NCBI GenBank assembly: GCA_044344255.1
Contig: JBIJDH010000007.1
Location: forward strand, 64,001 to 128,000
Direction: 5' to 3'
From: Myxococcota bacterium
GTDB taxonomy: Bacteria; Myxococcota_A; UBA796; UBA2385
DNA: 64,000 nucleotides
This document shows, in pieces, positions 20,210 through 30,167 of the stretch. Each line of letters begins with the position of its first letter. The first letter of the stretch is position 1. Below the pieces are notes generated by a model that saw only the letters and a program-made list of their open reading frames with translations, searched no databases and was not told the DNA's origin. Made by a program: the position numbers and the translations under genes.

Positions 20210-22231
20210 TCAGGGGGCCCCCGCTTCGTCTGGGCTTTGAATCGGCCGGAGGCAGCGTTGCCGCAGGTTGAAGAAGTCGGCCCCGCTCAACAGGGCCGCG
20301 TTGTACTCCCGGACCTGCTTGCGTTGAAAGGCATAGTAGGCTTGGCTGGCCTCGTGTTGCGCGGGCAGGCTCTTGCAGTCGAGCTTGTGCTTCTCACGAG
20401 GATCGGCCAGGAGATCGAAGGCTTGGCAATCCCCGGAGCGCGTGGCCACCATCAGCTTCGTACGGGTCACGGTGTCGAGTGAGGTGGTGACCTGTTCATT
20501 TCCATAGCTGAACAGATACCGACGGCGGAGCTCGCCCCGTAGCAGCGACTCACCCTGGAGCAGCGCTGGCTCATAGGCCACGCCCAGCAGATCGAGCAAG
20601 GTGGGCAGGAGGTCGAGGTGGTTGGTGAGGCGGTCATCCACGCGGGGGGAGATGGCGGTGGGCTGCCAGAGGACGACGGGAGCGCGCAGGTTCTCCTCGT
20701 AAGAATAGCGGCTGTGCCGCCAGTTCCCCTTGTGCTCGCCGAAGGCCTCGCCATGGTCGCCGAGCACCAGCACGAGGGTGTCCTCGCCGTGGCCCGCGGC
20801 GCGGAGGCCCTCCCAGATCCGGGCCAGCTCCCCGTCGAGGAAGCGGAGGCCGCGGAGGTACTTGGCCTTCTCCTTCTTCTTCCCGAGCGGCTCGAGGCCG
20901 AGCTCCTCGCCATAGTCCCAATAGGGATAATGCGGAGCATAGGAATAATAGACCCCGAGGAACCTCTCCCCTCGGGTGCGGCTGAGCCGCTCGATGAAGG
21001 CGTCGACGCCGTCGGACTCGTGGCGAGCCGTGGCCAGGGCTGGGCGCGTCGACTGGAGGCCGAGGGAGTAGTAGTCCTTGATCTCGGTCAGTCCGTTGGC
21101 CTGCAAGAAGGCCCGCGGGAAGAAGCTGTCGGACCGCCCCGGCGTGTAAAGAAAGCTCGGCACCTCGGCGGGGAAGAAGCAGGGGAGACCGGGGATGCGC
21201 ACCGAGTCGTCGGTGGAGAACATCGAGCTCGACGGGGCGTCGTAGAGGCCCGAGAAGAGCGAGAACAAGGCCCGGGGGCTCGTGTTCGCCGGGCTCCGGT
21301 GGGCGGCGAGGCGCCAGCCCTCGGCGGCGCGGGCGGAGAGGAAGGGCATGTTGGCCTCCTCCTCGGGATCGGTCGGGAAGGCGGCCCGCTCGCCGACGCT
21401 CTCCAGGATCAAGATCAGCACGGAGTAGCCGGCCGCCGAGGGCGGAGGCGGGGCGGCCTGTGGGCCTGTGGGCGGCCGCTGGAAGACCGGATCGACGAGC
21501 TCCATCCGCTCCCACTGCCCGGCGCTCACCGCTGCGACCTCCTCCTTCGTCCGCAGGGTGAGGGCGATGTCGCGGCTGAGGATGACGAGGCCGTGATCAC
21601 GAGAGGCGCCGCGCGGGCGGATGTCCCCCGAGAGCGCCTTGGAGCCGATGAACAGCGTGAGGCTGAGCACGACGATCGCCGCGTGGCGCGCGAGCACGAG
21701 CCCGGCGCTGCGGGCCAACGCGAAGAGCAGGAACAAGGCGGGCCCGGTCAGCATCGTGGCGAGCTCGTCCCAGCCCGCGTAGTCGGCCGACTCCGAGACG
21801 TTCATTTCGAGCGACTCGAGCACCGTCTGCACGTCGAGGGAGCTGTGCAGCTCCACGAGCAGCCGGGCGTGCGCCACCTGTCCGAGGTTGGCGAAGAAGC
21901 CGAGGAAGAGGGCCACGCCCACGGTGAGCGCCTGCGCGCCGCGGTGGAGCCAGGGGCGCTGCCCATCGCCGAGCCGGTTCGCGGCGCCCTCGAAGAGCCC
22001 GACCACGGCTGCGAAGAGCAGCAGGAGAGGGAGATCTCGCCCGGCGGTGAACAGGTACCAGCCGAGCGAGGTGCCGCTGCCCACGAGGTTGCTGAGCTCG
22101 ATGACCTCGGACTCTCGGAGCAAACGGTAGGTGATGGCTCGCGCGGGGAGGTCTGCCAGGAGATAGGCGAGGAATGCGGCCGTGAACAGACGATGACGTG
22201 CGAGGACGGGCGGGAGGGTCAGCCGCCGCAT
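20210..22231 (-). CDS. Membrane-anchored sulfatase-like/LtaS-like enzyme
   Basis: N-terminal TM helices; ILESVG, ANTSPRAL, APHYPY and GDHGEAFGEH. Confidence 0.85.
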   Translation of the reverse strand: MRRLTLPPVLARHRLFTAAFLAYLLADLPARAITYRLLRESEVIELSNLVGSGTSLGWYLFTAGRDLPLLLLFAAVVGLFEGAANRLGDGQRPWLHRGAQALTVGVALFLGFFANLGQVAHARLLVELHSSLDVQTVLESLEMNVSESADYAGWDELATMLTGPALFLLFALARSAGLVLARHAAIVVLSLTLFIGSKALSGDIRPRGASRDHGLVILSRDIALTLRTKEEVAAVSAGQWERMELVDPVFQRPPTGPQAAPPPPSAAGYSVLILILESVGERAAFPTDPEEEANMPFLSARAAEGWRLAAHRSPANTSPRALFSLFSGLYDAPSSSMFSTDDSVRIPGLPCFFPAEVPSFLYTPGRSDSFFPRAFLQANGLTEIKDYYSLGLQSTRPALATARHESDGVDAFIERLSRTRGERFLGVYYSYAPHYPYWDYGEELGLEPLGKKKEKAKYLRGLRFLDGELARIWEGLRAAGHGEDTLVLVLGDHGEAFGEHKGNWRHSRYSYEENLRAPVVLWQPTAISPRVDDRLTNHLDLLPTLLDLLGVAYEPALLQGESLLRGELRRRYLFSYGNEQVTTSLDTVTRTKLMVATRSGDCQAFDLLADPREKHKLDCKSLPAQHEASQAYYAFQRKQVREYNAALLSGADFFNLRQRCLRPIQSPDEAGAP

Positions 22232-22881
22232 ATCTTTGTCTGAATCGGGCTGTCCGGCGCCAGCGTGAAGTGAACGCCGCCGTCGCCGGTGTACGCGAGC
22301 TCCACGCTGTCGAGGGCGGCGGCCATGTCGGGGTCCTTCGCGCGCTGCTGGGCCATGTTCTGGTTGAGCTGCTCGGCCATCGGCTGCCCGGTGAGGAAGC
22401 CGGCGAGGTCATGCTCCCCGAGCCGCATCTCATGGAAGGAGGCGGTCTTCCACCAGCCGTTCTCCATCCGGAGCTGGCCGCCGGCCACCACGTTGACGAA
22501 GCCCCCGCCGTCGGGCACCCCCCAGGAGAGGTCCATCGAGAGGCGGTCGCCCTCGGCGCGCCAGCGCATGACGCGGAGCGAGGGCTCGGCGGTGAGCGTG
22601 GACAGGGTGGTGAGCTCGGCCGCGGTGAGGAAGGAGCTGTGGTCTTCAGCGAGCTCGGCGCAGACTCGGGTGGCGATGGCGGCGCCGCCGTCGGGGTCGG
22701 GCGTGGGGGCGGGCAGCGGGAGCGGCTCGGGCTGGAGGGCCAGGCCGGCGAGCAGCTCAGGGAGCTGCCGGAGCGCGAGGCCGCCGCAGCAGCAGGACAC
22801 CGCCGTCAGCGCGAAGAGGACGCCGCAGCCGATGAGCCACTTCTTGGAGCCGGAGCCTTGGGTTTCGGACGGACCAGCCAT
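22219..22881 (-). CDS. Hypothetical protein with a Cys-rich N-terminal membrane anchor
   Basis: KKWLIGCG...SCCCGG; host-like codon usage; overlaps the start of the next gene. Confidence 0.65.
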   Translation of the reverse strand: MAGPSETQGSGSKKWLIGCGVLFALTAVSCCCGGLALRQLPELLAGLALQPEPLPLPAPTPDPDGGAAIATRVCAELAEDHSSFLTAAELTTLSTLTAEPSLRVMRWRAEGDRLSMDLSWGVPDGGGFVNVVAGGQLRMENGWWKTASFHEMRLGEHDLAGFLTGQPMAEQLNQNMAQQRAKDPDMAAALDSVELAYTGDGGVHFTLAPDSPIQTKICGG

Positions 22882-22953
22882 GGAGAGCCCCCTTTGTCGG
22901 CCGCTGTTAACCGAGCGCGCGGCCCGCGACCGCCCTCGGGCCCCTCGCCGCGC

Positions 22954-24156
22954 TCAGAGCGAGCGGCGCGGGGGCACCACCACCGCGGCCACGAGCAGGC
23001 CGCCCACGAGGGAGCCGGCGATGATGAACATGCGGAAGGTGGCCAACACGCCTGCGGTGGGGTCGCTGTCGAGCAGGGCGCCGAAGCCCTGAAAGCCGAG
23101 GGTGCCGGGCACGAGCAGGATGAGGCCGGGGGTCTGGGCGACCGAGGCCGGGACGTCGCGGAGGCGGGCCGAGAGGTTGCTGACCAGGCCGACCACGAGG
23201 CCGCCGATGCAGGCGCCGAGCTCGGGGCCGAGGAGGAGCGAGCCGCCGCGGGAGGCTCCATACGCGAGGAAGCCCACCAGCACGATGATCCAGACGTCTC
23301 GTGGGCGGGCGCGGAAGAGCACGACGCAGGCGAGGGTGGACAGGAGGATGGCCACGGGGGTGGCGGCGTTCGGGAGCCCGCCCGAGACGGCGCGGAGGGC
23401 GGTGGGCAGCAGGGCGGAGGCGCGCCAGCCGAGCGCCGCCCCCACGCCGAGCTCGAGGAAGACGACCATCGCGCCCGCGAGGCGAGCCGTCCCCGAGGCG
23501 AGGTTTCGGGTGGCGAGCTCGGCCAGCGCCACGGTGATGGTGAGGCCGGGGAGCAGGCTGATCAGGCCGGAGAGGGTGGCGATTGGCACCGAGATCGGCA
23601 GGACCCGGGCGAGCAGCGTCGCGGTGGCCCCCACGAAGGCGGCGGCGAGCAGCGTGAAGAGGCGGGAGAGGCTCTGGAAGCGCTGCGTGAGCACGCCGAG
23701 CAGGCCCACCCCCGTCCCGAGGCCGAGGCTGACCAGCACCTCCCGAGGGCTCCCTGCGAAGAAGACCGCGGCGGAGGCGGAGAGCAGCGCGGTGGCCACC
23801 ACGGTGCTGGGGCTTCCGTAGCGCGGGCTCCGATCGAGGACCGCGCGGAGGCGGATGAGCCCGGCCTCCGGCGTGATCAGCCCGCCGGCCACCTCGGTCC
23901 CCAGCCGATCCACGAGCACGAGCCGCTCGAGCTCCACGTCGCCCGGCTCGACCCGGAGCAGGCGGAGGCGGTGGTTGATCGAGATGAACAGGGCGGTGGG
24001 GGTGGAGGAGCACTCCACGACATGGCCGAGGGAGCGCGCGGCGTTGCCGATCGCCGCCTCCAGCCGGTGCGCCGGCGCCCCCGAGACATGCAGCGCGCGG
24101 GCCAGCTCGACGAGGAAGGCCTCCGAGGGGACGAGTTCGGGGGGGCGGTCCTGCAT
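22954..24156 (-). CDS. Threonine/serine exporter (ThrE family)
   Basis: LH.SGAPAHRLE, TPTAL, LLPGLTITVALAELATRNLASGTARL, LLVPG; about 10 TM helices. Confidence 0.88.
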   Translation of the reverse strand: MQDRPPELVPSEAFLVELARALHVSGAPAHRLEAAIGNAARSLGHVVECSSTPTALFISINHRLRLLRVEPGDVELERLVLVDRLGTEVAGGLITPEAGLIRLRAVLDRSPRYGSPSTVVATALLSASAAVFFAGSPREVLVSLGLGTGVGLLGVLTQRFQSLSRLFTLLAAAFVGATATLLARVLPISVPIATLSGLISLLPGLTITVALAELATRNLASGTARLAGAMVVFLELGVGAALGWRASALLPTALRAVSGGLPNAATPVAILLSTLACVVLFRARPRDVWIIVLVGFLAYGASRGGSLLLGPELGACIGGLVVGLVSNLSARLRDVPASVAQTPGLILLVPGTLGFQGFGALLDSDPTAGVLATFRMFIIAGSLVGGLLVAAVVVPPRRSL

Positions 24157-24290
24157 GGTGCGGGTGTATCTTCCCCTGCGCCGCGGGGGTCGTGTGTCGG
24201 GTCGGGGGACTCGACCTTGAGAAAGAAAATCGCAGTGGTCTTGACATGGCAACAGTGACGGAGCACTCTGCTCGAACCGCCGAGGTCTGC

Positions 24291-25472
24291 ATGGGTTCGT
24301 TCGTCCGCATCTCGCTCGTCTCCTTCGTGGCCACGATGTCCATCGTGGGGGTCGGGGCCGGGCTGCAGAAGAGTCGTCAGGGGCCCTCGCAGGCCGCGGT
24401 CCTCCGGCCGCCGGTGGCCTCGCTGTCGATGATCGGCGCCGCGCCGACCCTCTCGCCCGTGATGGGCGCCTTCGCGATCTCGTCTACCCCCGTGGTCCCC
24501 GCCGATCCCGCCGCCGCCGCGCTGGAGGGCTCCCCCACCGAGCTCGGCCCCTCGCAGGATGCCGATCCCGATCACCCCCTCTCCGAGCTCGGCGCTCGGG
24601 ACGACGGGTTTGACCTCGAAGCGCCCGAGCTCGACGGCGGCGAGTGGGCTCCTCCCACCTGGTTCCCCGAAGAGGCCCGGGAGGGGCTGCTGGCCCTCGA
24701 GGGGATGAATCAGGCGGGCCCCTCCTCCGGTCCGCGCCTCCACTCCACGGCGGTCTTCGTCTACGACGTCGATGCCGGCAAGGTCCTGCTCTCCCGCCAC
24801 GCCGACGATCGGCGCCCGGTGGCCTCGCTGACCAAGCTCCTCAGCGCGCTGACGGTGGCCTCGGAGGGCCCCGACCTCGACCGGCAGCTCTGCATTGACT
24901 CCTCGAGCCGCCCGAGCTGGCCTGGCGCCCGCACCAAGCTCTTCACGGGCACCTGCGGCACCGGCTGGGACTACCTCGGCGCCGCGGTGGTGCAGAGCGA
25001 CAACGGCGCGGCGATGGTCCTCCCCGAGGTCGCGGGCCTGCCCTACTTCCCCTTCGTGAGCCACATGAACGAGGTGGCGGCCGAGCTCGGGATGGGCTGG
25101 TCCACCTTCGTCGACCCCTCGGGCGCCGACGACGACAACCTCTCCACCGCCCGCGACATGACCCGCGCCGCCCTCGCCGCCTCCCTCCACCCCACGGTGG
25201 CCACCGTCGCCACGGCCCCCTTCTGGGACTTCGCCGACACGGGGCGCCAGCGCATCCGCCGCATGTGGACGACCGACCGCATGGTGGGTCGCCAGGACAT
25301 CGAGGTCCTCGCCGCGAAGACGGGCTACACCGACACCGCGGGCTACTGCTTCACCGGCGTGTTTCGAACCCGCGATGGGCACCGGGTGGCCTTCACGACC
25401 CTCGGGGCCCACCGCAACCGGCATCGTTGGAAGGACGTCGAGCGGCTCCTCGATTGGGCCGGCGATCTCTGA
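24291..25472 (+). CDS. D-alanyl-D-alanine carboxy/endopeptidase (peptidase S11)
   Basis: ASLTK (SxxK), SDN (SxN), KTGYT; F.DPSG and STARD; TTGACA at 24241 upstream. Confidence 0.9.
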   Translation: MGSFVRISLVSFVATMSIVGVGAGLQKSRQGPSQAAVLRPPVASLSMIGAAPTLSPVMGAFAISSTPVVPADPAAAALEGSPTELGPSQDADPDHPLSELGARDDGFDLEAPELDGGEWAPPTWFPEEAREGLLALEGMNQAGPSSGPRLHSTAVFVYDVDAGKVLLSRHADDRRPVASLTKLLSALTVASEGPDLDRQLCIDSSSRPSWPGARTKLFTGTCGTGWDYLGAAVVQSDNGAAMVLPEVAGLPYFPFVSHMNEVAAELGMGWSTFVDPSGADDDNLSTARDMTRAALAASLHPTVATVATAPFWDFADTGRQRIRRMWTTDRMVGRQDIEVLAAKTGYTDTAGYCFTGVFRTRDGHRVAFTTLGAHRNRHRWKDVERLLDWAGDL

Positions 25473-25542
25473 ACTTCGATCCCTGAACTTCGATCCCTGA
25501 ACTTCGATCCCTGAACTTCGATCCCTGAACTTCGATCCCTGA
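25469..25542. repeat. Perfect 14-bp tandem repeat, 5.3 copies (CTGAACTTCGATCC)
   Basis: Five identical units plus CTGA; the first unit contains the stop codon of the S11 peptidase gene. Confidence 0.98.
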
Positions 25543-25587
25543 GCGGCGAGTGCACCCCTCGGTTACCTTGCGGCGGTGAGGGAAACG

Positions 25588-27453
25588 ATGGCCGTGAGAG
25601 CACCCGCCGCCTTGGTACACGTCACGGTTCGACCGACCCGAGGGAGCCTGTTTCCGAGGTGGGGTCTGCTCGGCCTGCTCGGCTCGGCCGGCTTGGTCCT
25701 GTCGACGGGCTGCAAGGACGACCCTGTCCCCCTCGGAAAGGGCGATGACACCGGCGCCATCTCCTACCCGGACGAAGACGGGGACGGCTACGGCACCGAC
25801 ACCGACTGCGACGACACCGACCCCGCCATCCACCCCGACGCCCTCGAGCTCTGTGATGGCATCAACAACGACTGCGACGCGGTGATCGACGAGCCGGGTG
25901 ACGGCGGCGACACCTACTACCGCGACGCCGACGGCGACGGCTACGGTGACCAGAGCTCCACCATCACCGCCTGTGATCGGCCCCCGGGCTACATCACCGT
26001 CGCCGACGACTGTGACGACACCACCGCCTTGTCGAACCCGGGTAACGCCGAGATCTGCAACGACGGCATCGACAACAACTGTAATGGTGACGATACGGAG
26101 TGCCAGCTCTCCGGTGACCAGCCGCTGGCCGCCGCCCCCGCAGTGTTGACCGGCGCCACCAACGGCGACAAGGCCGGCACCGTGTTTGACGCCGGAGACT
26201 TCGACGGCAACGGCTACAACGACGTCGTGGTGGGCGCCTCGTACAACGACGGCGCAGGCGCTGACTCGGGGCGCGTCTACGTGATATCCGGCCCGATCGA
26301 CGCCTCCGCCTCCCTCACCGTCGCGGCGGCCACCCTCACCGGCCCCACCGCCGGCTACGGGGCGGGCAACGCCCTCGGCGTCGGCGACCTCAACGAAGAC
26401 GGCTATGACGACCTCGTGATCGGCGCCTCCAAGGCGAAGAACGGCGGGACCGACTCTGGCGCTGTCTACCTCGTGCACGGCCCGCTGGCCGGCGCGTATG
26501 ACCTCTCGCTCGCAGACCTCATCCTCGTGGGCGACATCGCCAACGACGTGGCGGGCAGCGCGGTCACCGCGCTCGGCGACGTGACCGGCGACGGCGCCCC
26601 TGACCTCGCCCTCGGCGCCACCGGCCAGGGAGAGTCGAGCTACCAGAACCAGGGCGCGGTCTACATCATCTCCGGCGCGCTCACGGGCACCGTGGATCTG
26701 AGCACGCCCACCGCCAAGATCACCGGTGAAGATCGGTATGACCGCTTGGGTTCGGCCGTGGTCAACGCCGGAGACACGGACGGCGACGGCGTAGACGAGG
26801 TCGCGCTCTCCGCCTACACTTGGCCGAACAACCACAGCCAGGGCGCGGTCTACCTCTTCGAGGGGCCGCTGGCCGGCGTGGTCGACGTGCTCACGTACAC
26901 CGCCCGCCTCGAGGGCGAGGAGGACAACGATCAGGCCGGCTACGGCCTCGCCGCCGGTGACCTCGACGGCGACGGCTACGGAGACCTCGTGCTCGGCGCG
27001 CCGCTCGCCACGGAGGACGAAGACGAGCAGGGCGTGGTCTACGTCGTCAACGGCCCGATGAGCGGCAGCGTCGGCCTCGCCTCGGCCACGAGCCGCATCG
27101 TCGGCGCCGAGCTCCGCGGTAACGCCGGCACCTCGGTGGACGCCGACGGGGACGTCGATGGCGACGGCCGCGACGACCTCCTCATCGGCGTCCCCGCCTC
27201 TGACCTCACCGCCGTCGACGCGGGCGCCGCCTACCTCGTCTTCGGGCCCGCGCCCGCCGGGACGAGCACCCTCGGCGCGAGCGGCCTCGGCATGGCGGGG
27301 GTGGTCACCCGCGACAACGCCGGCACCAGCGTCGGCTTCCTCGGCCGCCTCAACAGCGACCTCATCGAAGATCTCGGCGTCGGGGCCCCCGCCGAGGACA
27401 GCGCCGGCACGGACGCCGGCGCCATCTACCTGCTCTTCGGCCAGGGGATCTGA
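25588..27453 (+). CDS. Lipoprotein with MopE-like repeats and an FG-GAP beta-propeller
   Basis: Lipobox STGC; two DCDD...PG/A.E.C.DGI.NNC repeats; many GD..GDG.DD and GA.Y motifs. Confidence 0.88.
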   Translation: MAVRAPAALVHVTVRPTRGSLFPRWGLLGLLGSAGLVLSTGCKDDPVPLGKGDDTGAISYPDEDGDGYGTDTDCDDTDPAIHPDALELCDGINNDCDAVIDEPGDGGDTYYRDADGDGYGDQSSTITACDRPPGYITVADDCDDTTALSNPGNAEICNDGIDNNCNGDDTECQLSGDQPLAAAPAVLTGATNGDKAGTVFDAGDFDGNGYNDVVVGASYNDGAGADSGRVYVISGPIDASASLTVAAATLTGPTAGYGAGNALGVGDLNEDGYDDLVIGASKAKNGGTDSGAVYLVHGPLAGAYDLSLADLILVGDIANDVAGSAVTALGDVTGDGAPDLALGATGQGESSYQNQGAVYIISGALTGTVDLSTPTAKITGEDRYDRLGSAVVNAGDTDGDGVDEVALSAYTWPNNHSQGAVYLFEGPLAGVVDVLTYTARLEGEEDNDQAGYGLAAGDLDGDGYGDLVLGAPLATEDEDEQGVVYVVNGPMSGSVGLASATSRIVGAELRGNAGTSVDADGDVDGDGRDDLLIGVPASDLTAVDAGAAYLVFGPAPAGTSTLGASGLGMAGVVTRDNAGTSVGFLGRLNSDLIEDLGVGAPAEDSAGTDAGAIYLLFGQGI

Positions 27454-28526
27454 TGCGCATCCTGCTCGCGGCCCGGCGTTATCCGCCGGACCGCTGGTCG
27501 GGCACGGAGACGGTGTTCCAGAACCTCTACGAGCGGGCCCGCCGCCGCCATGAGGTCCGCTTGGTCGCCGGCTTCGTCCAGGGTCGAGCCTTCGTCCCGC
27601 CCGAGGCGGTGGCGGTCGACCTCGTCGGCCAAGGTCGTGCCGCGGGTTGGGCTCGGATGGCGAAGGCCATCTTCGAGGAATCCCGCCGATTCCGCCCCGA
27701 CGTGATCCTGTCGAACAGCATCGAGGTGCCGCCCACCGGCTGCCCCGCGGCCTGCATCATCCACGATCTCAACTTTGGGGCCCGCCGCCTGTCGGACTTC
27801 GAGGTCCGCCTGCGCCGCCGCTTCTATGCCCACCAGGCGGGCCGCCTCGACGCCGTCATCACCGTCAGCCAGGCCACCGCCCAGGCCCTGGGCGAGCTCG
27901 GCGTCGGCGCCGACAAGGTGCGGGTCATCCACAATGGGGTCGACACCGCGCTCTTCCACCCGCCGGCCGCGCCGCGCCCGCCCTCGGACACCGTCCACTT
28001 TGTCTACCCTTCGCGCATCCTGCCGGGGAAGGGGCAGCACCTCGCGATCGACGCCATCGCCCGCCTCAAGCGGGAGCACAAGAAGCGGGCCCGGCTGACG
28101 CTGGTGGGCTCGGTGGTCGATCCGGTCTACCTCGACCAGCTCCGCGTCCAGGCCTGGAAGCAGCCGGTTGAATTCGCCCTCGACGTGCCCGACATCGCCC
28201 CCTGGTACCGCGAGGCCGACGTCGTGCTCTTCCCCACCGTGATGGAGGAGGGCTTCGGCTTCACCGCCGTCGACGCGATGGCCAGCGGTGTGCCCGTGAT
28301 CTGGTTCGACCAGCCCGCCGTCCGTGAGGCCACCGCCGGCATCGGCCTCGCCGTGGCGCGGGAGGACGTCGATGAGCTCCGCGCCGCGATGATGCGCCTG
28401 ATGGACGAGCCCGAGACCCGCGCCCGCATCGGCCAGGAGGGGCTGCGCTACGTGCGCAACAACCTCTCCTGGGAGCGGGTCTGGGAGCAGTACGAGGCCG
28501 TGCTGGGCGCCATCGCCCGCCGCTGA
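27453..28526 (+). CDS. Glycosyltransferase family 4
   Basis: YPP..SG.E, IHNGVD, KGQ and EGFGFTAVDAMASGVPVI. Confidence 0.92.
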   Translation: MRILLAARRYPPDRWSGTETVFQNLYERARRRHEVRLVAGFVQGRAFVPPEAVAVDLVGQGRAAGWARMAKAIFEESRRFRPDVILSNSIEVPPTGCPAACIIHDLNFGARRLSDFEVRLRRRFYAHQAGRLDAVITVSQATAQALGELGVGADKVRVIHNGVDTALFHPPAAPRPPSDTVHFVYPSRILPGKGQHLAIDAIARLKREHKKRARLTLVGSVVDPVYLDQLRVQAWKQPVEFALDVPDIAPWYREADVVLFPTVMEEGFGFTAVDAMASGVPVIWFDQPAVREATAGIGLAVAREDVDELRAAMMRLMDEPETRARIGQEGLRYVRNNLSWERVWEQYEAVLGAIARR

Positions 28527-28615
28527 GCAGGCCCGCCCGTGCCTGTGGGCGCCCCCGCCGGTGGGGAGGCCCGGATTGGGCTAACCTCGGGCACCTCCTC
28601 ACCCGTCGAGCGCCG

Positions 28616-29773
28616 ATGCGACCCCTCACCCCCGCTGCTGTCCCCTGCGCGCTCCGCCTCTCCACCCTCGGGCTCGGCCTCGCCCTCGCCGCGGCCTGCG
28701 CGGCGGACCCGAAGGAGGACGGGGGAGGGGATGAGCCAGCGGCCTACCTGCCGCCCGACCAACGCGGGCCCTACCTCGCGGGCACGGCGCTCGGGACCGT
28801 GCCTGGCAGCGAGGGGGTCGATCTGCCGGCCCAGGTCTGGTTCCCGGCGAGCGAGGGCAAGGACAGCCTCTACAGCTACGACGGCCTCGCCGAGGGCACC
28901 GCCATCAACGACGGCGTGCCCGACTGCAGCGCGCCGCGGCCCGTCGTGATGTTCAGCCACGGCAACACGGGGATCCGCTTCCAGTCGATCTTCCTCACCG
29001 AGCAGCTCGCCAGCCGGGGCTGGGTGGTCGTCGCCCCCGACCACGTCGGGAACACCCTCTTCGACTACGACGGCGACCGCATGACGGAGGTGACCTTCCG
29101 CCGCCCGATCGACATCCAGGACAGCTTCGACTGGCTGATCGAGACCGAGGCCGGCCCCGGCGGCCCCCTCGAGGGCTGCGTAGACCCCGACGCCGGCTAC
29201 GCGATGGTGGGCCACTCCTTCGGCGGCTACACCACCTTCGCGGTCACCGGCGCCGTCATCGACCGCGACGCCTCGGCCGCCTTCTGCGCCGAGAGCGGCG
29301 GCGCCTGGCTCTGCCCCGAGGTCGAGGCCTGGTTCGCCGCGCACCCCGACGAGACCGTAGCTGACCTCTCGGACCCCCGCGCCTGGGCCGGCATCCCCAT
29401 GACCCCCGCCGGCTACGAGGCCCTGCTCGGCGGCCTCGCCGACATCGCCGTGCCGACGCTGGTGCTCGGCGGCAGCCTCGACACCACCACCCCCGTACCC
29501 ACGGTCGTCACCCCCCTCTACGAGGGCCTCGCCGTCACGCCCCGCGCCCTCGGCGTGGTCGAAGACGCCGGTCACTACACGTTCAGCGACGCCTGCTCCT
29601 TCCTGCCCACCTACCCCGACTGTGAGCCCCCCTTCATCGACCAGGACGAGGCCCACGCCCTGATCAACACCCTCTCCATCGCCTGGCTCGACCGTGCGCG
29701 GGGTTACGAAGAGGCAGGAGACTGGCTCCTCCCCGAGGGGGAGACCCGGGTGGACTGGAGCCCGGTCGACTGA
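28616..29773 (+). CDS. Alpha/beta-hydrolase lipoprotein (PAF-AH/dienelactone hydrolase-like)
   Basis: FSHG, APDH.GN, GHSFGG nucleophile elbow, GSLDTTT and AGHYTFSD. Confidence 0.85.
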   Translation: MRPLTPAAVPCALRLSTLGLGLALAAACAADPKEDGGGDEPAAYLPPDQRGPYLAGTALGTVPGSEGVDLPAQVWFPASEGKDSLYSYDGLAEGTAINDGVPDCSAPRPVVMFSHGNTGIRFQSIFLTEQLASRGWVVVAPDHVGNTLFDYDGDRMTEVTFRRPIDIQDSFDWLIETEAGPGGPLEGCVDPDAGYAMVGHSFGGYTTFAVTGAVIDRDASAAFCAESGGAWLCPEVEAWFAAHPDETVADLSDPRAWAGIPMTPAGYEALLGGLADIAVPTLVLGGSLDTTTPVPTVVTPLYEGLAVTPRALGVVEDAGHYTFSDACSFLPTYPDCEPPFIDQDEAHALINTLSIAWLDRARGYEEAGDWLLPEGETRVDWSPVD

Positions 29774-29816
29774 GCCGGCAACCTGAGGCCCGCCGCCTGC
29801 GGCCTGCGCCCGGCGC

Positions 29817-30167
29817 TCAGAACCAGAGGAGCATCCCGGCGAGCATCGAGCTCCCGTTGGCGAGGCAGGACACCACCAGCCCCTGTCTCCAGGGCCTCGC
29901 GGCCCCCGCTCGGCGGAGCCAGAGCGCGTACAGCGCGGCCTCGGCGGTCCAGACCAGGGCCTCGCCGGCGCCCATCTGCAGCCAGGCTGGCGAGAACCGC
30001 GGCCAGGCGTACCAGAGCAGCGGGTGGGTGAGGCTGCTCGCCAGCACGCCGAGGGCCGCCGCCTCCGCGAGCGGGAGGGGGCCCCGGAGCCAGCCGGCGA
30101 CGATGGGGACCTCGATCACCTGCGTGGCGAGGAAGGCCCGCGCCCAGTCCTCGATGGGCGGGCTCAT
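29817..30167 (-). CDS. Small 4-TM membrane protein
   Basis: TQVIEVP, LTHPLLW, GEALVWTAEA and LANGSS; ATGA overlap with the upstream gene. Confidence 0.75.
   Translation of the reverse strand: MSPPIEDWARAFLATQVIEVPIVAGWLRGPLPLAEAAALGVLASSLTHPLLWYAWPRFSPAWLQMGAGEALVWTAEAALYALWLRRAGAARPWRQGLVVSCLANGSSMLAGMLLWF

Noticed and set aside
25469..25542. 14-bp repeat considered as a CRISPR array
   Set aside because: Units are contiguous with no spacers and too short, and there are no cas genes in the window.
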